Source of the DNA: Alphaproteobacteria bacterium
GTDB lineage: Bacteria > Pseudomonadota > Alphaproteobacteria > Sphingomonadales > SMXR01
NCBI GenBank assembly: GCA_030634465.1
Contig: DAOWAS010000001.1
Location: 3,780-67,779, forward strand
DNA: 64,000 nucleotides
Direction: 5' to 3'
Position 1 is the first letter of the stretch, and each line of letters begins with the position of its first letter. The notes under the pieces were generated by a model. That model did no database searches. It was not told where the DNA came from and worked only from the letters and a program-made list of their open reading frames with translations. The position numbers and the translations under genes are program-made. Shown here piece after piece: positions 18,337-27,818 of the stretch.

Positions 18337-20370
18337 ATGACACTAAAAAGTTATGCCCAAGGACAATGGTTTGAAGGCAAAGATGAAAATTCAGCACCAT
18401 TACATAATGCCATAACTGGCGATAACATTGGCTCTGTAAGCAGTGCTGGCCTGAACTTCAAAGAAATGACCGATTACGCCCGCGATGTTGGTGGTAAAAA
18501 CTTGCTGGCAATGAGCATGCACGAACGTGCCATGATGCTGAAAAATCTGGCAAAGTTTTTGGATGAATGCAAACAAGAATTTTACGACCTGTCATACGCC
18601 ACAGGGGCAACAAAGGGCGACAGTTGGGTTGATATTGATGGTGGCATCGCTACATTTTTTGTCTATTCCTCCAAAGGACGGCGCGAACTGGCTGATGAAA
18701 ACATTGTTCTTGATGGTAATTTAGAGCAAATTTCCCGCGAAGGCACATTTTTAGGGCAACACGTTATGGTGCCAATGAAGGGTGTTGCGGTTCACATTAA
18801 CGCCTTTAACTTCCCTGTTTGGGGCATGATGGAAAAACTAGCCCCCACATTGCTTGCAGGGCTACCTGCCATTGTAAAACCAGCCACATCCACATCATAC
18901 CTGACCAAAGCTGTGTTTGAAAAAATGATCGAAAGCGGCTTGTTGCCAGAAGGTGCCATTCAACTTATTTGCGGCAGTGTTGGCGACCTGCTTAGCCACC
19001 TGACATGCCAAGATGTGGTTTCGTTTACGGGCTCGGCTTGGACAGCATCAAAACTGACATCTCACCCCACAATAATGTCGGAAAATGTACGTTTTGTGGC
19101 TGAGTGCGACAGTTTAAACTGTTCAATTTTGGGTGAAGATGCCGCCCCAGACACCGAAGAATTTAAGCTATATGTAAAAGAAGTAGTACGAGAGATGACC
19201 GTAAAGGCAGGGCAAAAATGTACTGCTATCAGACGCGCCATTGTGCCAGAAAAATATTCCGCGTCGGTGGTAACAGCACTGCAGGAAATATTAGGTAAAA
19301 CCACCATGGGCGACCCCACCATTGAGGGGGTTCGCATGGGTGCACTTGCCAGCATTTCACAGCGTGATGAGGTGCGTGAAAGGGTTGAGGAACTGTCAGC
19401 CGAGAATGAAATTGTCCACGGCGATGTTGATAATTTCACCATTAAAGGCGGCAACCGCGACAAAGGTGCGTTTTTCCCACCAATTTTAATGCTGTGTAAC
19501 GAACCATTTAAAAAACTAAAAGTTCACAACACCGAAGCATTTGGCCCTGTGGCAACGGTTATTCCATATAAAAACAATGCTGAGGCCATTACCCTAGCCA
19601 ATATGGGCGAAGGATCGCTAGTGGCAAGTGTGTTTTCCAAGGACAAAGCCGTGGTGAAAGAGCTGGTTATGGGCATTGGCCCTTACCACGGGCGCATTGC
19701 GGTTATTAACGAAGACTGCGCTAAGGAAAGCACTGGTCATGGTTCGCCCTTGCCACACTTAAAACATGGTGGCCCCGGTCGTGCTGGTGGCGGTGAAGAG
19801 CTTGGCGGTATTTTAGCGGTAAAACACTATATGCAACGTGTGGCCTTGCAAGGCTCGCCCGATATTTTAACTGGTACTACCAACAAGTTCATTAAAGGAG
19901 CCGAAACCAAAGAGTTAAACGAGCATCCGTTTCGCAAAAACTTCCACGCTATTAATGTGGGTGATAGTTTGTTTACAAAGTCACGCGAAGTAACACTGAA
20001 AGATGTTGAACATTTCGCCCACTTTACTGGCGACGAGTTTTACGCCCATATGTTAGAGGAAGCAGCGGCGGCAAACCCGTTTTTTGAAGGCCGTGTTGCC
20101 CACGGTTATTTAATACTATCTTTCGCCGCAGGGCTGTTTGTTGACCCCGAGCCAGGGCCAGTTTTAGCTAATTACGGCCTGAACGACCTGCAGTTCCAAC
20201 AGCCACTTTACCCCGGCGACAGCATGTCGGTGCGCCTGACCTGCAAACAAAAAATTCCCCGCGCCGAGCAAATTTACGGCGAAGTGCGTTGGGATGTGGA
20301 AGCAACAAACCAAGACGGCGAAACCGTTGCCACATACGAACTGTTAACCCTGAACGCGTATGAGGGCTAA
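18337..20370 (+). CDS. paaZ: Bifunctional oxepin-CoA hydrolase / 3-oxo-5,6-dehydrosuberyl-CoA semialdehyde dehydrogenase
   Basis: 677 aa. The N-terminal aldehyde dehydrogenase domain (catalytic GQKCTA) is fused to a C-terminal MaoC-like hydratase domain, the same architecture and length as E. coli PaaZ. Confidence 0.88.
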   Translation: MTLKSYAQGQWFEGKDENSAPLHNAITGDNIGSVSSAGLNFKEMTDYARDVGGKNLLAMSMHERAMMLKNLAKFLDECKQEFYDLSYATGATKGDSWVDIDGGIATFFVYSSKGRRELADENIVLDGNLEQISREGTFLGQHVMVPMKGVAVHINAFNFPVWGMMEKLAPTLLAGLPAIVKPATSTSYLTKAVFEKMIESGLLPEGAIQLICGSVGDLLSHLTCQDVVSFTGSAWTASKLTSHPTIMSENVRFVAECDSLNCSILGEDAAPDTEEFKLYVKEVVREMTVKAGQKCTAIRRAIVPEKYSASVVTALQEILGKTTMGDPTIEGVRMGALASISQRDEVRERVEELSAENEIVHGDVDNFTIKGGNRDKGAFFPPILMLCNEPFKKLKVHNTEAFGPVATVIPYKNNAEAITLANMGEGSLVASVFSKDKAVVKELVMGIGPYHGRIAVINEDCAKESTGHGSPLPHLKHGGPGRAGGGEELGGILAVKHYMQRVALQGSPDILTGTTNKFIKGAETKELNEHPFRKNFHAINVGDSLFTKSREVTLKDVEHFAHFTGDEFYAHMLEEAAAANPFFEGRVAHGYLILSFAAGLFVDPEPGPVLANYGLNDLQFQQPLYPGDSMSVRLTCKQKIPRAEQIYGEVRWDVEATNQDGETVATYELLTLNAYEG

Positions 20371-20379
20371 AGCTTAAAA

Positions 20380-20991
20380 ATGGCAAGACCACAAGCAGCA
20401 AATTACGACCAGCGCCAACAATTTATATTGGACGAGGCGGCTAAACTTATTGCCTCACACGGTTTTCATGGTTCGTCCGTTAGTGACCTTGCAAAGCAAT
20501 GCGGCATATCCAAGTCGTTGATTTATCACTATTTCCCATCGAAAGAAGCCATATTATTTGCCGTAATGTCTAGCTATACCAAAGACCTGTTAAAAACTGT
20601 GGAAGAAGCCGCAACTGCGGGTGATGATATAAGCGGGACCTTCCACGCTACTGTAGAAAGCCTGATGGAAAACTACAAATCTGCAGGGCCAAAACACCGA
20701 GTTTTGTTGCAAGAGCTAGACAAGCTTTCCGAGCCAAACCGGAAAGAAATTGTTGAAAATGAAGATAGAATAAAAAATATCATCAAAGGGCAAATTGCTA
20801 AATTTAACCCGCAAAAACCTGCGGATGATCCGCAAAACACCGCCCTAACCATGCTGTTTTTGGGCATGGTAAACTGGACCCATACATGGTTTAAGCCTGA
20901 GGGCCAAATCTCAAGTCAAGAATTAGCGACAATGGCGGCAGAGATTTTCGAAAACGGTGTGCGTACCTTAGCTAAGAAAAGTGATCGCTGA
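20380..20991 (+). CDS. TetR/AcrR family transcriptional regulator (candidate PaaR)
   Basis: N-terminal TetR HTH (GFHGSSVSDLAKQCGISKSLIYHYFPSKEAIL). It starts 10 nt after paaZ. Confidence 0.85.
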   Translation: MARPQAANYDQRQQFILDEAAKLIASHGFHGSSVSDLAKQCGISKSLIYHYFPSKEAILFAVMSSYTKDLLKTVEEAATAGDDISGTFHATVESLMENYKSAGPKHRVLLQELDKLSEPNRKEIVENEDRIKNIIKGQIAKFNPQKPADDPQNTALTMLFLGMVNWTHTWFKPEGQISSQELATMAAEIFENGVRTLAKKSDR

Positions 20992-20996
20992 AAAAA

Positions 20997-22196
20997 CTAA
21001 TCGTTTTTCAAAACTTTAGTAATGCTATCCAACACATATTGCATATTGCCCGCGTTTAACCCCGCAATGGAAACACGGCTACTACCCAGCATATAAATTG
21101 AATGTTCTTTTTTCAGGATTGCAACCTGTTCAGGGTCTAAACCCAAAAATGAAAACATGCCGCGCTCACGCTCAATGAAAGAAAAGTCACGGTTAAACCC
21201 GCTAGCCGCCAAACCTTTTACCAGTTCAACACGCAGGGTCTTAATACGGTGGCGCATTTCAGCAACTTCGCCCATCCACATGGTTTTAAGGGCTTCGTCC
21301 TCCAATATTCTGCGGACAATGGCGGCACCATGTGCAGGTGGCATTGAATACATGCCGCGAATAACATTTAATAGTTGAGAATAGGCAATGTCGGCCTGTT
21401 TGGTGTTTTTTGAAAGAATAAACGCAGTACCAACACGCTCGCGGTAAAGACCAAAGTTTTTCGAACACGATTGTGCCACAACCATTTCTTCAACATGATT
21501 TGCCATCACACGAACGCCAATGGCGTCTTCCTCAACACCGTCACCAAAGCCTTGGTAAGCAATGTCGATAAACGGGGTGAAGCCTTTTAAATTTGCCAGT
21601 TTTGCCAGTGCATGCCACTGGGTTTCATCTAAATCAGCACCACATGGGTTATGGCAACAGCCATGCAATAAAACCAGATCACCCTTGCCCACATGTGACA
21701 GGGTTTCCATCATTTCATCAAAATCTATACTGTGGGTTTCATAGTTATAATATGGGTATTCTCTTATTTTTAAACCAGCTTCACCCAATAATGGCATGTG
21801 GTTTGCCCATGTGGGGTTGCTGACCCAAATGGTAGCGTCGGGATTACAACGCACTAAAAACTCTGCCAACACCCGTAACGCACCACAACCACCGGGGGTT
21901 TGCACTGCACGCACACGGTCATTATCCACCTCAGCACTGTCTGTGCCAAACAGCAGTTTTATCATGGCTTGGTTATAGGCAACTTCGCCTGCGCCACCTA
22001 AATATTCCTTGGTGTTTTCTTCACGAATGCGTCTTTGCTCGGCCTCTCGTACAGCCTCTAAAATTGGAGTTTTGCCCTGTTCGTTTCTATAAACACCCAC
22101 GCCAAGGTCAACTTTTAACGAGCTTTCATCAGCCTTAAATTCGTTGATCAAACCTAATATTGGATCAGGATCTAGGGGTTTTAAATTTTCAAACAT
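20997..22196 (-). CDS. Aspartate/aromatic amino acid aminotransferase (AspC/TyrB class I)
   Basis: 399 aa with the PLP-lysine context SCSKNFGLYRERVG and N-terminal DPILGL...DLGVGVY, typical of the AspC/TyrB family. Confidence 0.88.
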   Translation of the reverse strand: MFENLKPLDPDPILGLINEFKADESSLKVDLGVGVYRNEQGKTPILEAVREAEQRRIREENTKEYLGGAGEVAYNQAMIKLLFGTDSAEVDNDRVRAVQTPGGCGALRVLAEFLVRCNPDATIWVSNPTWANHMPLLGEAGLKIREYPYYNYETHSIDFDEMMETLSHVGKGDLVLLHGCCHNPCGADLDETQWHALAKLANLKGFTPFIDIAYQGFGDGVEEDAIGVRVMANHVEEMVVAQSCSKNFGLYRERVGTAFILSKNTKQADIAYSQLLNVIRGMYSMPPAHGAAIVRRILEDEALKTMWMGEVAEMRHRIKTLRVELVKGLAASGFNRDFSFIERERGMFSFLGLDPEQVAILKKEHSIYMLGSSRVSIAGLNAGNMQYVLDSITKVLKND

Positions 22197-22260
22197 GGGT
22201 GTGTCCTTTGTTTATTTTATTGGGTGCAGGCTAGCGTATTGACGCAATTATTGCACAAGT

Positions 22261-25200
22261 TTAGCAAGATTTAGCAAGCTTTTCCAATTGCTTATAAAAT
22301 ATTTTTATTGCCTTTTCTTTAACAACGCCGTAACCGCGCACCTCATATGGCAATTTCGCTAGCTTAATAGCCTGATCGTAATTGTCAGTGTTTACAGTTT
22401 TCAGCATATTTTCAATGCTAGACAAATAATCATCGCGCAAGGTTATCTCTAACCGTCTGTCATGCCCGTAAGTAAATGGGTCAATGGCTGTGCCACGCAC
22501 ACCTTTCAGGCGTTTTAAAATTTTGAAAACAAACATCATCCACGGGCCCAGTTTAATTTTCTTGGGGCGGCCTTGGGTGTCTCTGGCAAGGGGCAATAAC
22601 GGCGGAGCCAAATAAAAACTAACCTTATAATTGCCTGCAAAGTTTTGCTTTAGCTGATCCCTAAATTTATCATCACAATAAAGTCGCGCTATTTCATACT
22701 CGTCTTTATAGGCCATTACCTTAAAGGCATTGTCAGCCACGGCACGGGTTAGATTTAGTTCATCCGTGGTTAAACCCTCATCAAGTTTACGCACCCGCGC
22801 CACTAAATCAGTATATTTATTGGCATATGCTTTATTTTGATATTCGGTTAAATATTTTTGCCTGCGGGCAATAACATCATCTAACGTCTCAGGTTTTGGC
22901 GGGGTAATGCCTGCAAGTTCCTGAACCAAGGCTGCATCGTTTACTAGCAAACGACCCCAGTTAAATGCTTGCAGGTTACTGTCCACCGCCACACCATTAA
23001 GCTTAAATGCCTGTTCAATTGCCGCTAAGCTGATGGGAACCAAACCTTTTTGCCACGCCAAACCAAGCGTCATAACATTGGCAAATATACTGTCGCCCAT
23101 AAGTGCGGTGGCAAGCTTGTTTGATGCCAGCTCGGTTAGATGATCACCATCAACCGCGTTTTTCAACAGGGTGGTTCTGTCATCAGCGCCCATGTCGGCA
23201 TCGCGGTTTAGAACATAATCTGCGGTGGGAATTTCGGTTGTGTTTAAAACAATGTTGGTTTTGCCGTGGCGCAACACTGACAAGGCTTTATCCGATGTTG
23301 CCACCACCAGATCGCAGGCTATTAGGGCATCAGCACCACCCACATCAATACGCACTTGGTTCAGTTCACTTGGGGTTTTAGCCAAACGAACATAGCTTAA
23401 AACTGAGCCACCTTTTTGGGCAAAACCCATAAAGTCTAGAACGCTAGCGCCCTTACCCTCTAAATGTGCCGCCATGGTAATAATAGCACCTATGGTAACA
23501 ACACCTGTGCCACCCACACCTGACACTAAAATATCAAAGGGCTTGTCCAAATTAGACATGTTAGGCAACGGCAGGTTTTTAAAATGATCTGCTAGCTCGT
23601 GTGTTTGTTTGGGTTTGTTTTTGCGCAACTCGCCACCCTCAATAGCCACAAACGATGGGCAAAACCCTTCCACACATGAGAAATCTTTATTACAGCTATG
23701 CTGGTCAATTTGGCGCTTGCGGCCAAATGGTGTTTCCAACGGCACCACAGACAGGCAGTTGGACTGTACCGAACAATCGCCGCACCCTTCACACACTTGC
23801 GGGTTAATGAACACGCGCTTGGCAGGGTCGGGGTATAGACCGCGTTTGCGTTTACGGCGTTTTTCGGTGGCGCAGGCTTGGTCATATATTAAAACTGTAA
23901 CGCCTTTTATTGATCTAAGCTCGCGTTGCACCGTATCAAGCTCATTTCTGTGGTTAAAACTAGTATTTTTTGGAAAAATAGACAGATCTGTATATTTTTC
24001 AGGCTCATCACTAACAACAGCAATGCGCCCCACCCCTTCAGCCCGCACTTGCTGGGCAATTGCATGCACGCTTAGGGTGCCATCAACAGGCTGACCGCCA
24101 GTCATAGCCACAGCATCGTTGAACAAAATTTTGTACGTAATATTTACATTTGCCGCAATTGCTTGGCGAATTGCCATTGAACCTGAATGGAAATATGTAC
24201 CATCACCAAGGTTTTGAAACATATGATCTGAATTAATATAAGGAAACTTGCCAACCCAATTTATACCTTCGCCACCCATTTGGATAAGGCCTTCGGTTTT
24301 TTTATCCATCCAATTAGCCATGAAATGACAGCCAATGCCCGCCATAGCTTCGCTACCATCTGGCAATTTGGTTGAGGTGTTGTGCGGACAGCCAGAACAA
24401 AAATATGGCATACGCTTAACCGTACCGGGGTCATGGGCGGTAATACCAGTGTCGGACAGTTCTGCCAAACACGGCACCAAGTTCATATCGCCCAACACAC
24501 CTTGCAAGCGTTTGGCTATTATGGGGGCGAGATAGCTTGGTGAAAGCTCTGCCGTCCATGTGATAAGCTCATTATCACTTTCGTCAAACTTGCCAACAAT
24601 CAGGTCTGGTCGCCTGCCCTTATGGCTATAAATAAATTCTTTAAGCTGGCTTTCAATAATGCCGCGCTTTTCTTCCACCACTAAAATTTCTTTTTTGCCG
24701 CTCATAAACTCTGACAGACCTTGGGTCTCTAGCGGCCAAACCAAACCAACCTTATAAATATCAATACCAAGGTCACGGCAACGCTGCTCGTCCAAGCCCA
24801 AATATGACAAAGCCTCCATCAGGTCAGAATGTGCCTTGCCACTGGTAACAATGCCAAAACTGGCAGCTTCAACATTGTAAATTTGCTTATCAATTGGGTT
24901 AGCACGGGCAAAGGCCAAAACAGCCTTTACCTTTGGCACCATGCGGGCTTCAATTTGCGGACCGGGGTAATCAGGCCAACGATAGTGCAGACCCTCAGGC
25001 GGAGTTTCAAAATCATCAGGGATGTTAAATGTTGGTAACGGTGCCACCGCAACCGATGCCGCACTTTCAACAGTTTCAGAAATGGCCTTAAAACCAACCC
25101 ACATGCCTGAATAGCGGGAAAGAGCATAACCCCATAAGCCGTAACTTTCATATTCTTCAATGTTCGTTGGGCTGATAATTGGCATGTACCACGCCATGAA

Positions 25201-25740
25201 GGCCACGTCCGACTGGTGCGACATGGACGACGACACACAACCATGATCGTCCCCCGCCACCACAAGCACCCCGCCGTGAGGCGACGAGCCGTAACCATTG
25301 CCGTGTTTTATAGCATCGCCCGCACGGTCAACACCGGGCCCTTTGCCGTACCACATGGCAAAAACACCATCTACGTTTTTATTGGGGTCGCTTTCAACTT
25401 GCTGGGTGCCAAGCACCGCAGTTGCCGCCAAGTCTTCGTTTAGGGCGGGTAAAAAACGAATACTGTTATCATCCAAAAAACTTTGCGCCTGCCACAACGA
25501 CAGGTCAACACCGCCCAAGGGCGAGCCACGATAACCAGAAATAAAACCTGAGCTATCTATGCCATCACGGTCATCAATTCGCTTTTGCTGCAATAATATA
25601 CGCACCAAGGCTTGCGTACCCGTAAGAAAAATTTGCCCTGTTTGGTTTACATAGCGATCATCCAACTGATAGTTGGCATCAATAGTTAGCTTATTGTTTT
25701 TCTGAGAATTATCCATAAACCTAAGAGTGACCTTTTTCAA
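22261..25740 (-). CDS. Fused indolepyruvate/arylpyruvate:ferredoxin oxidoreductase (IorA-IorB type)
   Basis: 1159 aa with a TPP-binding region, a 4Fe-4S ferredoxin-type Cys cluster (CEGCGDCSVQSNC) and a C-terminal IorB-like domain. The track start is TTG; an alternative ATG at 25716 (MDNSQ...) is possible. Confidence 0.85.
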   Translation of the reverse strand: MKKVTLRFMDNSQKNNKLTIDANYQLDDRYVNQTGQIFLTGTQALVRILLQQKRIDDRDGIDSSGFISGYRGSPLGGVDLSLWQAQSFLDDNSIRFLPALNEDLAATAVLGTQQVESDPNKNVDGVFAMWYGKGPGVDRAGDAIKHGNGYGSSPHGGVLVVAGDDHGCVSSSMSHQSDVAFMAWYMPIISPTNIEEYESYGLWGYALSRYSGMWVGFKAISETVESAASVAVAPLPTFNIPDDFETPPEGLHYRWPDYPGPQIEARMVPKVKAVLAFARANPIDKQIYNVEAASFGIVTSGKAHSDLMEALSYLGLDEQRCRDLGIDIYKVGLVWPLETQGLSEFMSGKKEILVVEEKRGIIESQLKEFIYSHKGRRPDLIVGKFDESDNELITWTAELSPSYLAPIIAKRLQGVLGDMNLVPCLAELSDTGITAHDPGTVKRMPYFCSGCPHNTSTKLPDGSEAMAGIGCHFMANWMDKKTEGLIQMGGEGINWVGKFPYINSDHMFQNLGDGTYFHSGSMAIRQAIAANVNITYKILFNDAVAMTGGQPVDGTLSVHAIAQQVRAEGVGRIAVVSDEPEKYTDLSIFPKNTSFNHRNELDTVQRELRSIKGVTVLIYDQACATEKRRKRKRGLYPDPAKRVFINPQVCEGCGDCSVQSNCLSVVPLETPFGRKRQIDQHSCNKDFSCVEGFCPSFVAIEGGELRKNKPKQTHELADHFKNLPLPNMSNLDKPFDILVSGVGGTGVVTIGAIITMAAHLEGKGASVLDFMGFAQKGGSVLSYVRLAKTPSELNQVRIDVGGADALIACDLVVATSDKALSVLRHGKTNIVLNTTEIPTADYVLNRDADMGADDRTTLLKNAVDGDHLTELASNKLATALMGDSIFANVMTLGLAWQKGLVPISLAAIEQAFKLNGVAVDSNLQAFNWGRLLVNDAALVQELAGITPPKPETLDDVIARRQKYLTEYQNKAYANKYTDLVARVRKLDEGLTTDELNLTRAVADNAFKVMAYKDEYEIARLYCDDKFRDQLKQNFAGNYKVSFYLAPPLLPLARDTQGRPKKIKLGPWMMFVFKILKRLKGVRGTAIDPFTYGHDRRLEITLRDDYLSSIENMLKTVNTDNYDQAIKLAKLPYEVRGYGVVKEKAIKIFYKQLEKLAKSC

Positions 25741-25828
25741 AACATGCGATTGAACCAGACGTAAGTATAGACTTTTTTAGAATGAAGGTGTTTTCATTTT
25801 TATTGTAAAATTCACACATTATGGTAAT

Positions 25829-25859
25829 ATATTTCATATAAATTAATAATATGAAATAT
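25829..25859. promoter_or_regulatory. Perfect 11-bp inverted repeat in the divergent IOR / Lrp promoter region (candidate Lrp operator)
   Basis: ATATTTCATAT (25829-25839), a 9-bp AT spacer, then ATATGAAATAT (25849-25859). It is centred ~50 bp upstream of the lrp-family ATG. Confidence 0.45.
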
Positions 25860-25895
25860 TTACATCACATAGCCTAAGTTAATGAAAAAATAATT

Positions 25896-26348
25896 ATGGA
25901 CAATATTGATAAAAAAATTCTCAACGCCCTGCAGGTTGATGGCAGAATAACCAATCAGAACCTAGCTGAAAAGGTTGGCATATCATCAGCCGCATGCTGG
26001 CGCCGTACCAAGGCAATGGAGAAAAATGGCACCATTAAAAAATACATGGCAATTGTAAACGCTAAAACCGTTGGTCATGGCCTGTGCATTTTTGTTAACA
26101 TTTCGCTGACACGTCACTCCAAGGAAAATGCCGAAGAATTTGCCAAGGCCGCCCACCTGCGCCCAGAGGTGCAGGAATGTTATGCCGTAACAGGCGATGC
26201 CGACTTCATGCTAAGGGTTATGGTTCCTGACATTGACGCCTACGACAAGTTTTTGGAAGACTTTTTGTTCACACTAGAAGGCATATCGCAAGTGCGCTCA
26301 AACTTTGCCCTGCGTGAGATAAAGTTTGATACAAGCATACCGCTATAA
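25896..26348 (+). CDS. Lrp/AsnC family transcriptional regulator
   Basis: 150 aa: DNIDKKILNALQVDGRITNQNLAEKVGISSAACWRR HTH plus a C-terminal RAM/AsnC ligand domain. Confidence 0.92.
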   Translation: MDNIDKKILNALQVDGRITNQNLAEKVGISSAACWRRTKAMEKNGTIKKYMAIVNAKTVGHGLCIFVNISLTRHSKENAEEFAKAAHLRPEVQECYAVTGDADFMLRVMVPDIDAYDKFLEDFLFTLEGISQVRSNFALREIKFDTSIPL

Positions 26349-26358
26349 CTGAATATAA

Positions 26359-26619
26359 TTACAGATCTGTAGGTTCTGTTTGACGAAGAATACGCCGATA
26401 TGGCATTGGCGCCCGCCTTGTTATGCCATGCAAACCACGGTTAAGCAGGCTGAACCTACCCCTCATACCCTGAACCACACGAGCGAAACGTGGTACGGTT
26501 GGCACCAACAGCACAATAGACAGCGTTAAAAAAACAATGCCGAACGGAATGGGGGTTAAAATTCCAACCACACCGATGATGAAAAACACCACTCCTAAAG
26601 CTATAAAAATATATCTCAT
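26359..26619 (-). CDS. Small two-helix membrane protein, function unknown
   Basis: The hydrophobic N-terminus MRYIFIALGVVFFIIGVVGILTPIPFGIVFLTLSIVLLV is followed by an Arg-rich tail. ATG 26619 has a GGTGAG SD 7-8 nt upstream. The longer track ORF (to 26688) adds a non-hydrophobic leader. Confidence 0.5.
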   Translation of the reverse strand: MRYIFIALGVVFFIIGVVGILTPIPFGIVFLTLSIVLLVPTVPRFARVVQGMRGRFSLLNRGLHGITRRAPMPYRRILRQTEPTDL

Positions 26620-26771
26620 TTTAATCTCACCATTTGCACACCAGATAACTATATCAAAATGATATATGCATGTCCACATTTCTTTCAAACTACTGACTAA
26701 AAAAAATTGTATATTAATAACTATTGCGTATTATAGAATTTGAATTTTAACCTAATAGACAGAAGTGTTTT

Positions 26772-27137
26772 ATGGAACAGCCAAAAAATATACTAATTGT
26801 TGACGACAGTAAAGTTGCCCGCATGATGACCACCCGTATTGTAAAACAAGTTTACCCTGACATTGAAGTGTTAGAGGCTGATAGCGGCGAGCAGTCCCTT
26901 CAAATGCTGGAGACATCAGAACCTGACCTTATTTTGATGGATATAAACATGGGCGGCATTGATGGTGTTGAAACCTCGTCTATGATTTTAACGGCAAACC
27001 CCGATCAAAACATTGCAGTTTGTTCAGCAAACATTCAAAGCGGCATACAAGACAAGGTTACCGCACTTGGCATTACGTTTATTCCGAAACCCATAATGGT
27101 TGATAAGTTAAAAGCGTTTGTTGCAACCTGCAAATAA
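26772..27137 (+). CDS. CheY-like single-domain response regulator
   Basis: 121 aa with receiver residues DD (ILIVDDSK), the phospho-acceptor context DLILMDINMGGIDG, a Ser in AVCSAN and a Lys in FIPKP. Confidence 0.88.
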   Translation: MEQPKNILIVDDSKVARMMTTRIVKQVYPDIEVLEADSGEQSLQMLETSEPDLILMDINMGGIDGVETSSMILTANPDQNIAVCSANIQSGIQDKVTALGITFIPKPIMVDKLKAFVATCK

Positions 27138-27195
27138 ATAGCGCTTAAGCAAACAATTAAGAATAACTTCAATAGTAAAGAAGCCAAGTAAGTAA

Positions 27196-27816
27196 ATGAA
27201 GAACACCTGGACTAAATTGGAAGTAGATGCCCTTACCGAGTTCTTTAACTTAGGACTGGGTAGAGCCGCCGCAACCCTGAATGAGATTAGCGGGCAGGAT
27301 ATTGACATGTGTACACCACACATAGAATTTTGCCCAACCAGTGATGTGCTAAAGCACGTCACAACAGCCGATGGCGAGCTTATTATCTCCATAAAGCTAG
27401 ATTTTGACGGGGTAATTTACGGCGACAGCTTCCTTATTTTTCCTGAAAGCGAAGGGCTTAAGCTTGTTGGGGTTATTTTGGGTGACGAGACCCCAGAAGC
27501 AGACCGTGCTGAATATTTGGAAGACACCCTGAACGAATTGGGCAACATTATCCTTAATGCTTGCCTGTCATCGTTCTGCGATACCTTAAGCTTCACCCTA
27601 GACAATGGCCTTCCACAATATAGCAAAGACGACCATGGCGGTTTCATTAAAAAACTGGGGCAGGTTGAAAACAGCTTGGGCATTGTGGCCGAGGTTGAGT
27701 TTAAGCTACACGAAAGTGACATTGCAGGTCACATAATTATATTCATGGAACAAGGCTCCATCGCATCACTTCGGGTTAAGGTTGCCCACTTTGTAAGAGA
27801 GATATACGATGCCTGA
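27196..27816 (+). CDS. CheC-family CheY-P phosphatase
   Basis: Two exact copies of the CheC active-site consensus D/S-X3-E-X2-N-X22-P: D11-E15-N18-P41 (DALTEFFN...P) and D110-E114-N117-P140 (DTLNELGN...P). Confidence 0.8.
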   Translation: MKNTWTKLEVDALTEFFNLGLGRAAATLNEISGQDIDMCTPHIEFCPTSDVLKHVTTADGELIISIKLDFDGVIYGDSFLIFPESEGLKLVGVILGDETPEADRAEYLEDTLNELGNIILNACLSSFCDTLSFTLDNGLPQYSKDDHGGFIKKLGQVENSLGIVAEVEFKLHESDIAGHIIIFMEQGSIASLRVKVAHFVREIYDA

Positions 27817-27818
27817 TC

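Noticed and set aside
22197-22260. A GCAAT-T-ATTGC mini-palindrome in the 64-bp gap between the IOR stop and the aminotransferase start.
   Set aside because: Only 5-bp arms with no loop, too short to separate from chance. The two genes are probably co-transcribed.
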